Origin: Gemmatimonadaceae bacterium
GTDB taxonomy: Bacteria; Gemmatimonadota; Gemmatimonadetes; Gemmatimonadales; Gemmatimonadaceae
Direction of reading: 5' to 3'
NCBI GenBank assembly: GCA_045803545.1
Contig: JBJMOW010000005.1
Coordinates: forward strand, 1,216,001-1,280,000
DNA: 64,000 nucleotides
Position 1 is the first letter of the stretch, and the number at the start of each line of letters is the position of its first letter. Both the position numbers and the translations under genes were made by a program. Below are positions 27,785-36,948 of this stretch, one piece after another. Under the pieces are notes generated by a model. That model searched no databases, was not told where the DNA came from, and saw only the letters and a list, made by a program, of their open reading frames with translations.

Positions 27785-28842
27785 TGCGATACGGTTATTG
27801 GCTCCCAGTATTCGGCGGCTGGCTGCGCAACGTTCCCGACGAGGGAATGAGCGCGTCGTGGAATTACGTGAAGCATCTCGCGCAGCGGAGCGAGAAAATC
27901 GGCTTCGACATCACGCTGATCGCCGAGCTGTTCATGAACGACATCAAGGGAATCGACGCTGATTCTCTCGAGGCGTGGTCAACGGCGGCGGCTCTGGCAG
28001 CCGTGACCGAGACGCTGGAGTTGATGGTGGCGGTGCGTCCGACGTTTCATGAGCCCGCGATTTTCGCCAAGCAAGCGGCCAATATCGATCACATCTCTGG
28101 CGGCCGACTGGCACTGAACGTGGTCTCGTCCTGGTGGAAGGACGAGGCGCGTCGCTACGGAATCCATTTCGAGGAACACGACGACCGCTATGCGCGGACC
28201 GACGAATGGCTGCGCGTAGTCAACGGAGTCTGGAAGGAGTCGCGATTCAGCCACAAGGGATCGCACTACAAAGTCGAGGAAACGATTCTCGAGCCGAAGC
28301 CTGTGAGGCGCCCGCGGCCAACTATCTACGCTGGTGGCGAGAGCCCGGCAGCCAAGGAGCTCATCTCGCGCGACTGCGACGCTTACGTGATGCACGGCGA
28401 TCCGCCTGAACGAGTCGCGCCGAAAATCGCTGACATGAGCGCTCGCCGGGAGACGCTGGGTCTGGGGCCGATGGAGTACGGCGTCGCCGCCTACGCGATC
28501 GTACGGGAGACCGAAGCCGAAGCCCGCGCCGAGCTGGAGCGAATCACCAACGTCAAGCCAGGCTCACCGGGCTATCAGAATTACCAGGATTTCATTTCGC
28601 ACACCGCACTCGATCAGAAGGTGAGTCTCGAGGACTACTCGGTTTCTAATCGCGGTCTGCGCGCCGGCCTCGTCGGAACTCCAGAGCAGGTCGCCGAGCG
28701 AATCCGCGCGCTCGAAGCGGTAGGAGTGGATCTGCTGCTGCTCCAGTTCAGCCCGCAGTTCGAGGAGATGGAGCGTTTTGCGGAGACCGTTATGCCGATG
28801 GTCGAGCGTACTACGAGAGCAGTTCCCTCTGCCGCGACTTGA
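27784..28842 (+). CDS. LLM-class flavin-dependent monooxygenase (SsuD/SfnG-like)
   Basis: TAATG overlap; YWLPVFGG, GFDITLIAE, LMVAVRP, SGGRLALNVVS, YAGGES, LVGTPEQVAERI. Confidence 0.88.
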   Translation: MRYGYWLPVFGGWLRNVPDEGMSASWNYVKHLAQRSEKIGFDITLIAELFMNDIKGIDADSLEAWSTAAALAAVTETLELMVAVRPTFHEPAIFAKQAANIDHISGGRLALNVVSSWWKDEARRYGIHFEEHDDRYARTDEWLRVVNGVWKESRFSHKGSHYKVEETILEPKPVRRPRPTIYAGGESPAAKELISRDCDAYVMHGDPPERVAPKIADMSARRETLGLGPMEYGVAAYAIVRETEAEARAELERITNVKPGSPGYQNYQDFISHTALDQKVSLEDYSVSNRGLRAGLVGTPEQVAERIRALEAVGVDLLLLQFSPQFEEMERFAETVMPMVERTTRAVPSAAT

Positions 28843-29560
28843 TCTCCCCGTAACACTCACACGCCGCGCGCTCTAATCCCGGCCGATCAGTAACGGCGAT
28901 CCGGCCGCGGCCGTGCGAGATAAGGCCGGCTTTCTCGAGCGCTCCCATCGCCACCGTTACGCCAGGACGCCGCACGCCCAGCATCTCGGCGAGGAATTCC
29001 TGGGTCAGGTCGAAATGGTTTCGCCCGACGCGATCCTCCGACATCAAAAGCCAGCGGGCGCAGCGTTGCTCGATGACGTGCATCCGGTTGCACGCCGCCG
29101 ACTGGGAGACAGTCTCGAACACGAACTGACTGTAGCGATGGATCAGCCGGTCGAGCGCAGCGCACTCCTCGAGTAAGCGGCGGAACTCGGTGCTCGGGAT
29201 GCGATGTGCCGTTCCGCTGATCTGACCCACCGAAGTCAGGCGGGATGCGGAAACGCCGTGGAAGACAGCCATCCCGGCGAAGCCATCGCAGCCAACTGTC
29301 ATCGCCTCGACGGAGCTGCCGTCCTGGAGCTCGGTGACCAGGGAAATCACGCAGTCGTGCGGGAAGTGGACGAACCGCATGTCTTCGCCGCGGCGGCAAA
29401 TGAGCTGCTTCGCTGCGATGTCGACGGACTCCGCAGCCGAAAGGACGATCTCGAGCTCGCGCTCCGGCAACAGCGCCAGAAGATGATTTCGGACGGCGGC
29501 AGCCGGGACAGTAGCGGCTCGGTCACGGACGTGGCGAGTGGTTAGGATCGATGTGGCCAT
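28811..29560 (-). CDS. Crp/Fnr-family transcriptional regulator
   Basis: NHLLALL, cNMP-like barrel, ACNRMH..EQRCARWLL, HTH LTQEFLAEMLGVRRPGVT, ACECY. Confidence 0.9.
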   Translation of the reverse strand: MATSILTTRHVRDRAATVPAAAVRNHLLALLPERELEIVLSAAESVDIAAKQLICRRGEDMRFVHFPHDCVISLVTELQDGSSVEAMTVGCDGFAGMAVFHGVSASRLTSVGQISGTAHRIPSTEFRRLLEECAALDRLIHRYSQFVFETVSQSAACNRMHVIEQRCARWLLMSEDRVGRNHFDLTQEFLAEMLGVRRPGVTVAMGALEKAGLISHGRGRIAVTDRPGLERAACECYGEIKSRQRELLS

Positions 29561-29782
29561 GTCGAACCGGAAAGTGGTCGCAGAGTGGTTGGTGGCTTAC
29601 GCCCCGCTGATAAGCAAATTGTGAACCGAACCCTGTGCCGCGTGGTTGACCCGGCAAGGTCACATTTATTTCGTCAGTTCGAGGTTTTAGACCGGCCCAA
29701 TACAGCATCATCGCGGAGCCGCCCTTATTGTTATGTTCGAAGGGACAAAACAGTCATTTAGACGCCCCTGCCATCTATAGAG

Positions 29783-29820
29783 CAGCCGGATTTTGAAGCA
29801 GACCAGCAGGATTTTGAAGC
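29783..29820 (+). promoter_or_regulatory. 17-nt direct repeat with 21-nt period (candidate operator)
   Basis: cagccggattttgaagc 29783-29799 and cagcaggattttgaagc 29804-29820, 15 nt upstream of ATG 29836. Confidence 0.4.
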
Positions 29821-29835
29821 GCCCCTCCAAACGAC

Positions 29836-32544
29836 ATGACGATACCTGCTGACCCGCAGCCCAACGAGCGAAAATTCCGCTTCAAGGACGAGTGGTTGGT
29901 CTCACTTGTGGGGACCATGCCAGGGGTCACGCCTGACCTGATCAAACGCTGGCGCTTCCAGCAGAAGCCCTACATCTGTCAGGCCCTGATCGACGGCGAC
30001 ATCCTTTCGTTCAAGGAGATCGCGGAAGTCGTCAAGGACGCCTTCCGCATCGACTACGTCGACCTCTCGCCGGGGGCGATCGACAAGAACGCGATGCAGA
30101 TCCTGCCCGAGAAGCTTTGCCGGGATTTCAGTGTGTTACCCGTCAAAGTCGACGCGCGCATGGTGCACCTGGCAATGGCAAATCCGCTCGACCAGGAAGC
30201 GATTCAGCGTGTAGGGTGGGCGACCAGCCGCGAAGTCACGCCCCTTTTCTGTCCGCCCGGTACACTCGACAGGCTTGTTCAGGATACGCTCCGGCCCGAC
30301 GCCATGATCTACGGCCTGATCGAGAAGCTCGATCAGAACGTCGGCCTCGAGCAGGTGCAGGAGGCCAAGGAAGATGAAGCGGCGATGGCGCGCGTCCATG
30401 CGCCCGTCATCAAGCTCGTCGACGCCATCATCGCCAACGCCGTCAAGCTGCGCGCGTCAGACATCCACATCGAGCACGACGAGGCGAATACGCTCGTTCG
30501 CTTCCGCATCGACGGCCTGCTCAAGAACATCATGGTGCTTCCGCGCTTCATCGGCGTAGGGCCGGTGGTTTCCCGCATCAAGATCATGTCGGAGCTCGAT
30601 GTCGCTGAGCGATTCCGACCGCAGGACGGCCGCGCAAAAGTACGCGTCAATGGCGACGAAGTCGCATTGCGCGTTTCGGTGCTGCCGACGCGCGTGGGCG
30701 AGAAGGTCGTGATGCGTCTGCTCAACGAGAAGGCGGTCCAGGTCTCGATGGGCACACTCGGCTTCATGCCCGAGCTGCTGGAGCGATTCAAGGCTTTGCT
30801 GATGCGCGAGCAGGGCATCCTGCTCGTGACGGGGCCGACGGGCTCTGGAAAGACGACAACGCTTTACGCAGCGCTCAACACACGCCGCGGCGAGAGCGTG
30901 AACATCGTCACTGTCGAAGACCCGGTCGAATACCGACTCTCGGGTGTGAATCAGGTGCAGGTCAACGAGAAACAGGGACTGACTTTCGCGGGCGTACTGA
31001 GATCGGTGCTGCGCCAGGATCCTGACGTCGTTCTCGTGGGTGAGATCCGCGATCAGGAGACGGCGAACATCGCGTTCCAGGCTGCGATGACTGGTCACCT
31101 CGTGCTCTCGACGTTGCACACCAACGATGCGATCGGCGCTATACCACGACTTGCCAACATCGGTGTCGAGCACTTCCGAGTCGCCGCCGGTCTTATCGGC
31201 GTCACCGCACAACGCCTGGTGCGTAAAGTCTGTCCGCACTGCCGCTATGAGGCGCCGATCGAGGAGCTGCATCCGATGATTCGGTCTGCACAGCAGCGAG
31301 TTTACGGCAAGGCACGCCACGTCAAAGCGACCGGTTGCGCCGATTGCGGGTTCACCGGTTATACGGGCCGGCTGCCCCTGATCGAGTTCCTCGAGATCAC
31401 GCCCGAGCTACGTGGAATGATCACCACTGGCAAGCAGGGCGATGATATTCGCGCCCAAGCGCTGCGTACCGGTGCGCTTCACACCTTCGACACCGACGCG
31501 CTTTGGCACATCGCCGAAGGCGACACGACGGCCGAAGAGGTGATCCCCTACACCGAATTCGAGCGCCGTCGAACGCCGCGCAATCCGACGCCGCGGCTCA
31601 ACGAAGAGCTCGGCGATCTCGATGCTGACGGCGTGAAGAAGCCGTCGCGTGTGCTGCTTGCGGTCGGCGACAAACAGGATCGGGTTCGGTTCAACGACAT
31701 CCTCGTTGAGTCCCGCTTTGCCGTGCAAATGGCGAACGACGGTGCAGCTGCGCTCGGCATCCTGGCGCAGGATCCGCCCGATGCACTGGTGATCGGGCTC
31801 AAGCTGCCCATCCTCGATGGTCGCCAGGTAGTGCACGCAGCTCGCACTGTAGTCGGATTGATCGACATGCCGGTTCTGGTGATCGCGCCGAAGGGCAGCG
31901 AAGGCGAGACCTCGGATTTGCTGTCTCAGGGCGTCGACGACGTGCTTTATGAACCGCTGGACGCCACTCGATTCCGTTCCCGCATCCAGTCGGTATTGCG
32001 CTCACGCGGGCTGTGGTCCGACCCCGAGGAAGTGATGAAGCCGCTGATTCCGCAGGACGAGGCGGAGCGACTGGTTGAATTCCGCCTCAGCGCCGCCATC
32101 GACGGCGAGCCGGAAGAGCGCTTCGACAAGATCGCTCGCATCGCATTGCGCGCCTTCGGCGTTCCGTTCGCGGGCATCTCCTTCGTCGAAGGCGACCGGC
32201 AGTGGTTCAAGTCGAAGCAGGGCCTGCAAATCGGAGACAGCTCCCGCGACCTGTCCTTCTGCGGTCACGCGATCAACGGCGAAGACAGTTTCGTAGTTGA
32301 AGATGCAGTGCTCGATCCACGCTTCGCGCAGAACCCGCTGGTGCTCGAGGAGCCCCATATTCGTTTTTACGCGGGCCAACCCGTCCATGGACCAGGCGGC
32401 CACATCGTCGGCACGATATGCGTGATGGACAAAGCCCCTCGCGACTTCACCGAGGAGGACCACGAAACCTTGCGCGATCTCGGTGGGATGGTTGAACAAG
32501 AGTTGCGAGCGAAGGGCAAGAAAAAAGTCGCGCCGCCGGATTAG
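29836..32544 (+). CDS. GspE/PilB-family secretion ATPase fused to a degenerate receiver domain and a GAF domain
   Basis: ASDIHIE, PQDGR, Walker A GPTGSGKT, EDPVE, LRQDPD, GEIRD, STLHTN, CPHC..CADC; then a REC fold and a GAF (QWFKS, SFCGHAI, DPRF..NPLV, RFYAG). Confidence 0.92.
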   Translation: MTIPADPQPNERKFRFKDEWLVSLVGTMPGVTPDLIKRWRFQQKPYICQALIDGDILSFKEIAEVVKDAFRIDYVDLSPGAIDKNAMQILPEKLCRDFSVLPVKVDARMVHLAMANPLDQEAIQRVGWATSREVTPLFCPPGTLDRLVQDTLRPDAMIYGLIEKLDQNVGLEQVQEAKEDEAAMARVHAPVIKLVDAIIANAVKLRASDIHIEHDEANTLVRFRIDGLLKNIMVLPRFIGVGPVVSRIKIMSELDVAERFRPQDGRAKVRVNGDEVALRVSVLPTRVGEKVVMRLLNEKAVQVSMGTLGFMPELLERFKALLMREQGILLVTGPTGSGKTTTLYAALNTRRGESVNIVTVEDPVEYRLSGVNQVQVNEKQGLTFAGVLRSVLRQDPDVVLVGEIRDQETANIAFQAAMTGHLVLSTLHTNDAIGAIPRLANIGVEHFRVAAGLIGVTAQRLVRKVCPHCRYEAPIEELHPMIRSAQQRVYGKARHVKATGCADCGFTGYTGRLPLIEFLEITPELRGMITTGKQGDDIRAQALRTGALHTFDTDALWHIAEGDTTAEEVIPYTEFERRRTPRNPTPRLNEELGDLDADGVKKPSRVLLAVGDKQDRVRFNDILVESRFAVQMANDGAAALGILAQDPPDALVIGLKLPILDGRQVVHAARTVVGLIDMPVLVIAPKGSEGETSDLLSQGVDDVLYEPLDATRFRSRIQSVLRSRGLWSDPEEVMKPLIPQDEAERLVEFRLSAAIDGEPEERFDKIARIALRAFGVPFAGISFVEGDRQWFKSKQGLQIGDSSRDLSFCGHAINGEDSFVVEDAVLDPRFAQNPLVLEEPHIRFYAGQPVHGPGGHIVGTICVMDKAPRDFTEEDHETLRDLGGMVEQELRAKGKKKVAPPD

Positions 32545-32558
32545 GACGGCGTTGGAAC

Positions 32559-32589
32559 GGCGAGCGCGGTGCGCTCGCCTTTTTTTTTT
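32559..32589 (+). terminator. Intrinsic terminator
   Basis: ggcgagcgc-ggt-gcgctcgcc followed by T10. Confidence 0.92.
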
Positions 32590-32789
32590 GATAACTACCG
32601 CGCTAGTGGCTGATAGCAGCTAGCTGTTAGCTGATCGCTGCCTGCAAGAGGACAGATCTCATTGCATAACGGCGAACAGAACGCCTTTCCTCTAACTCTA
32701 GCGCGATCTGTCCCGTCGCTTGCAGCGAATAGCCAATAGCCAGCTGCCATCAGCTACCAGCGAGGTCGTTATCAGTTAAGTCCTCAGTC
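32590..32789. repeat. Palindromic repeat element, family B, long copy
   Basis: 52-bp imperfect arms 32590-32641 / 32722-32773 built of GCTGATA-like heptamers; inner stem ggacagatc / gatctgtcc. Confidence 0.8.
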
Positions 32790-32855
32790 AACGACAGCAT
32801 TGCGGTGCCGCGCAAGCCGCGATATCGTTAGCCAAGCTAACGATCCGGAGTCCCG

Positions 32856-33245
32856 ATGCCTGCAGTCTCTCTCTCCCGTATAAAACAAATCGCCCTGCCC
32901 GTTACCGATGTGGAGAAAGCGAAAGAGTTTTACAAAGAAGTACTCGGCATGCAGCACCTGTTCGATGCGCCACCGGCGCTTTCGTTCTTTGATTGCGGAG
33001 GAGTGCGGTTGATGTTGTCGGGACCGGCGGCGCAGGGTAAGGACGGGGATAGACAGCACGCCGTACTCTTCTACGATGTCAGCGACATCAAGAAGACCTA
33101 CGCGTCGGTAAGAGCGGCGGGCGCACCGAGCCATGCCGAGCCGCATATCATAGCGCGGATGAACGGACGAGAAGTATGGATCGCCGAGCTGGGCGATGGG
33201 CAGGGCAACTTCGTCAGCCTGATCAGTGAGGTCGCGGCTACCTAA
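32856..33245 (+). CDS. VOC (glyoxalase/bleomycin-resistance) family protein
   Basis: IKQIALPVTD..AKEFY.EVLG; LSFFDCGGVRLML; DGQGN. Confidence 0.88.
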   Translation: MPAVSLSRIKQIALPVTDVEKAKEFYKEVLGMQHLFDAPPALSFFDCGGVRLMLSGPAAQGKDGDRQHAVLFYDVSDIKKTYASVRAAGAPSHAEPHIIARMNGREVWIAELGDGQGNFVSLISEVAAT

Positions 33246-33702
33246 GCGCGCGGAGCTGGCAGACCAGCTGCACTCCGCCGCCATTCATCTCCTGCGCCAG
33301 CTGCGCAAAGAAGACGACGCCAGCGGCTTGTCCGCGCCGCGGCTGTCGGCACTGTCTGTCGTGGTATTCGGAGGCGGAGGTGCGGTCACCCTCGGCCAGC
33401 TCGCCCGCGCCGAGCAGGTACGGCCGCCGACCATGACCAGGATCGTCACCGGGCTGGAGAAAGACGGACTCGTCAAGCGTCAACCCGACGCGCACGACAA
33501 ACGCCTCACCAGAATCGTGGCGACGCCCAAGGGCCAACGAATTCTCATCGCGGGTCGAGCGAGAAGAGTAAAATCGCTCACCGAAGCCGTGGAGCGACTG
33601 AATGAGGCCGAGCTGGCGCAGCTCGACCGCGGCATTCGAGTTTTTCGCAAGGTGATCGAAGCTACCGCGCAACAAACTCGGCCACGCAATGGAACGACCT
33701 AA
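33226..33702 (+). CDS. MarR-family transcriptional regulator
   Basis: LARAEQVRPPTMTRIVTGLEKDGLV.R..D..DKR winged HTH. Confidence 0.9.
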   Translation: MRSRLPKRAELADQLHSAAIHLLRQLRKEDDASGLSAPRLSALSVVVFGGGGAVTLGQLARAEQVRPPTMTRIVTGLEKDGLVKRQPDAHDKRLTRIVATPKGQRILIAGRARRVKSLTEAVERLNEAELAQLDRGIRVFRKVIEATAQQTRPRNGTT

Positions 33703-33798
33703 GTCTGATTTCGATGCCCTGCGCCATAATCTCGAACTGGCACACCTATCACCAAGGGCAGGTCGCAATCCTGAAGAGAGCGGTCCAGACCACGTAGC

Positions 33799-34815
33799 TC
33801 AGGGAATTCGGGCGCGGCCGATCGTATTAGCGTCAGTCCCAAACCACAACGACTTCGTCGCTGCGTGGTAGATCATGTGGCGAATCGTTCCGCCTCCACT
33901 CTCCGAGATTGGGGTCACCGATATCCACTTTTCTGTCTTCGGATCGAAGCCAACGAGCTTGTTCGGCTGCACACCGGTCTCGGCCAGCCAGATCCGGTCA
34001 CGGTCGTCCGACGCCATTGCATAAGGCAACGATGTCGCGGCATCGGGCAACTCGAACTCGCGAATGTTGCCGGTGCGCGGATCGAGTCGACCAAGTCTGC
34101 CCTGCATGAAATCCCCGTACCAGATCGCGCCATCCGATGTAACGGCAATCCGCCGCGGACGCGCGCGCGTTGGAAGTATGTACTCCTTGATTGCCATCGT
34201 CGTCGGATCGATGGTGCCGATCTTGTTCGCGCCGAACTCGTCAAACCAGGGCCGGCCGCTAGGGTCGAGGACGATCCCGTAAGGACGTGAGTCCTTTGTC
34301 GGCGACGGCAACAGATGAACCACGCCGGACTTTGTATCGAGATGGCCGAGGAAGTTCGAGAATTGCGCAGTGAACCAGATGTTGCCCGCGCGATCGAAGG
34401 TCATCGTGTGCGGATCTTTCGCCGCCGGATTGGGCATGTGGTAAATCGTGCTCTTTCCGGTGGTGGCATCGAGCCGGCCGATTCGCGCGTTGGTGTTTCC
34501 CGAGAACCACACGCGACCCTGGTTGTCGATGATCAGGTTGTGAGGATGCGTGCCCTCCTCGATCTCATAGCGGCGGAATTTGCCCGTTGCCGGGTCCAGA
34601 GTGGCGACGTAATTCCCAGCCTGCCCGACAAACCAAACTTTGTTATCGCCGGCTACGTAAGGATCGCGCGGTCGGGTATTGGCCCATGGCACTTTCCATT
34701 CTGTTACGGCTAATGGGGCGAGCGTTTGAGCCTGCTGTGCCATTACGCGCGCGGCGTCGCCCGTTAGAAGAATGAGCGCGGAAAGAATGAGAGGGCGAAT
34801 CATCGGAGCAGACAT
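33799..34815 (-). CDS. Secreted Vgb (streptogramin lyase)-like beta-propeller
   Basis: Repeats of P.....D..G.vWF.....n.iG.lD..tG; N-terminal signal peptide. Confidence 0.8.
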   Translation of the reverse strand: MSAPMIRPLILSALILLTGDAARVMAQQAQTLAPLAVTEWKVPWANTRPRDPYVAGDNKVWFVGQAGNYVATLDPATGKFRRYEIEEGTHPHNLIIDNQGRVWFSGNTNARIGRLDATTGKSTIYHMPNPAAKDPHTMTFDRAGNIWFTAQFSNFLGHLDTKSGVVHLLPSPTKDSRPYGIVLDPSGRPWFDEFGANKIGTIDPTTMAIKEYILPTRARPRRIAVTSDGAIWYGDFMQGRLGRLDPRTGNIREFELPDAATSLPYAMASDDRDRIWLAETGVQPNKLVGFDPKTEKWISVTPISESGGGTIRHMIYHAATKSLWFGTDANTIGRARIP

Positions 34816-35008
34816 CGCACGACCTCTATGTGGATTCTTCTCAGCTTATTCCGGTAGCCACGCGAGTGCCAGTGGCGAGGGCGGATTGGACGAAACACCG
34901 ACACGCATCGATCCGTTTTCGATATGCCCCTGTAAATCATTTGTCAAAACGACCACCTGAGCTGCTCCGGTGTCTAATTTTCATCACCCTTTCCTCTTTT
35001 TCCAGAAC

Positions 35009-36775
35009 ATGAAAACTTCTTCAGTCATCACCCTCGCCGCTCTGGTTATCAGCGGCTCAGCGGCGGCACAGCAGGCACGTAATTCATCGGAAGGAACCGC
35101 AGCGGCCCCGGCGTGGGACGTGTTGCTGCGCGCCCGCAGTCACGCTCCAACCCGGACGAGCGGCGCCATCACCGCCGAGGATTTGAAGACGCGCCTGTAC
35201 ATCTTCTCGGATGACTCGATGGGGGGCCGGTTGATCGCGACACCGGGAAACGTCAAGGCGGTCGAGTACATCGCCAGCGAGGTGAAGAGATTGGGACTCG
35301 TACCAATGGGCGATAACGGCAGCTACTTCCAGTCCCTCAACATGGTCGAGCGCACTTTTGACTCAGCGTCGCGCTTCGCCGCCGGAGGAAACACTTTCAC
35401 TCCCTGGACCGATTACCTGCCCCGCGATCAGGGTGCCGCCACCCGCAAAATCGACGGAGCGCAAGTTGTGTTTGGAGGCACCTGGGGTGATTCGACGTCG
35501 CTGATCGATCCGACCGCCGCAGCTGGCAAACTCATTGTGCTGCGCTACAGTCCGGCAGCAGCGACGCAGGGACCGCCCGGCGGTGTCGATCGTGCGCGCG
35601 TTTCAGGTCATTTCGCCAACGCCGCTGGTATCGCAATCGCCAGCTTCGATCTCTTCCCGAAGCAGTTCATTCCACTCTATCAGCAACCCAATCAATTGAT
35701 CAGAGACGGCGCCGACCCGGATCGGCCGGCGTTCATCTACGTCTCGAAGAAGACGGCCAGCGCGCTGCTCAACGCCGATATCGACAGCGTGAAAACCGGT
35801 GCGACCGGCACCACTGTCACTTCCTCGCCGTCGTTCGCCGAGTCGGCGATCAAATACCCCGCACGCAATGTGGTGGCGATGATTCCCGGCAGCGACCCAG
35901 TGCTTCGCAACGAGTACGTCGCGATCGGCGCGCACAATGACCACATCGGCACCAGCAATCGTGCGGTCGCGCACGACTCGATCTACGTCGTGAATCATCT
36001 TTTCCGCACCGGTGGCGCGGAAGATCGGCCACCCCAGCTCACGCCGGAGCAGCAGGCGCAGGTAAACTCGGTTCTCGCCGACATCCGTCGTCGGAGCAAC
36101 GGCGCGTCAGCACGTCGGGATTCGATCTACAACGGTGCCGACGATGATGGTTCGGGCAGCGTCAGCGCACTCGAGATTGCGGAGTATTTCGCGACACAGA
36201 AGATGAAGCCGAAGCGGTCTCTGCTCTTTGTCTGGCACGTCGGTGAAGAGGAAGGCCTCTACGGGTCCGAGTGGTTCACTGATCATCCGACGGTCAGCCG
36301 TGATTCGATAGTTGCCCAGTTGAACATGGACATGGTCGGCCGCGGGTCGGCGGCGGACAACACCGGCATTACTGTCGCAGGTCAACGCTACAACGGCAGT
36401 CCGAATTACCTGCAGCTGGTTGGCTCGCGCCGACTCTCAACCGAGCTCGGCAACCTCGCCGAGTCTGTAAACAAGGGCGAGAAAAAGCCGTTCTCGCTCG
36501 ACTACGCGATGGATGCAAACGGTCATCCGAACAACATCTATTGCCGCAGCGATCACTACGAGTACGCGCGATACGGAATCCCGATCATTTTCTTTACGAC
36601 CGGTGGTCACGCCGACTATCACCAGGTGACCGACGAGGCGCAGTATATCGACTACGATCGCATGGCTCGGGTGGCGCAGTACGTTGCCGATCTTGCTACC
36701 AAAGTTGGCGACCTGTCGCAGCGCCCGGTGGTCGATAAGGCCAAGCCGGATCCCAAAGGGCAGTGCGTTCAGTAG
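35009..36775 (+). CDS. Secreted M28-family peptidase with PA-like insert
   Basis: Signal peptide from ATG 35009; GAHNDH, NGADDDGSG, GEEEGL, NMDMVGR, RSDH, DYH. Confidence 0.9.
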   Translation: MKTSSVITLAALVISGSAAAQQARNSSEGTAAAPAWDVLLRARSHAPTRTSGAITAEDLKTRLYIFSDDSMGGRLIATPGNVKAVEYIASEVKRLGLVPMGDNGSYFQSLNMVERTFDSASRFAAGGNTFTPWTDYLPRDQGAATRKIDGAQVVFGGTWGDSTSLIDPTAAAGKLIVLRYSPAAATQGPPGGVDRARVSGHFANAAGIAIASFDLFPKQFIPLYQQPNQLIRDGADPDRPAFIYVSKKTASALLNADIDSVKTGATGTTVTSSPSFAESAIKYPARNVVAMIPGSDPVLRNEYVAIGAHNDHIGTSNRAVAHDSIYVVNHLFRTGGAEDRPPQLTPEQQAQVNSVLADIRRRSNGASARRDSIYNGADDDGSGSVSALEIAEYFATQKMKPKRSLLFVWHVGEEEGLYGSEWFTDHPTVSRDSIVAQLNMDMVGRGSAADNTGITVAGQRYNGSPNYLQLVGSRRLSTELGNLAESVNKGEKKPFSLDYAMDANGHPNNIYCRSDHYEYARYGIPIIFFTTGGHADYHQVTDEAQYIDYDRMARVAQYVADLATKVGDLSQRPVVDKAKPDPKGQCVQ

Positions 36776-36798
36776 AAGATTCCTTCGCCCCAGGGGAC

Positions 36799-36829
36799 AA
36801 AAGGCAACTGCAAATGCAGTTGCCTTTTT
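36799..36829 (+). terminator. Intrinsic terminator
   Basis: aaaaggcaactgca-aa-tgcagttgccttttt. Confidence 0.88.
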
Positions 36830-36948
36830 CTTGGTAGTAACTGCCGTCAATCAGGTTAAATCAGGGATTTCGGTAATCATCCGGCTGGCCCGACTTTCGC
36901 CCTGGACTACCGCGGCGATCAAAACTCCATTCACAGACTTAACGTCAT

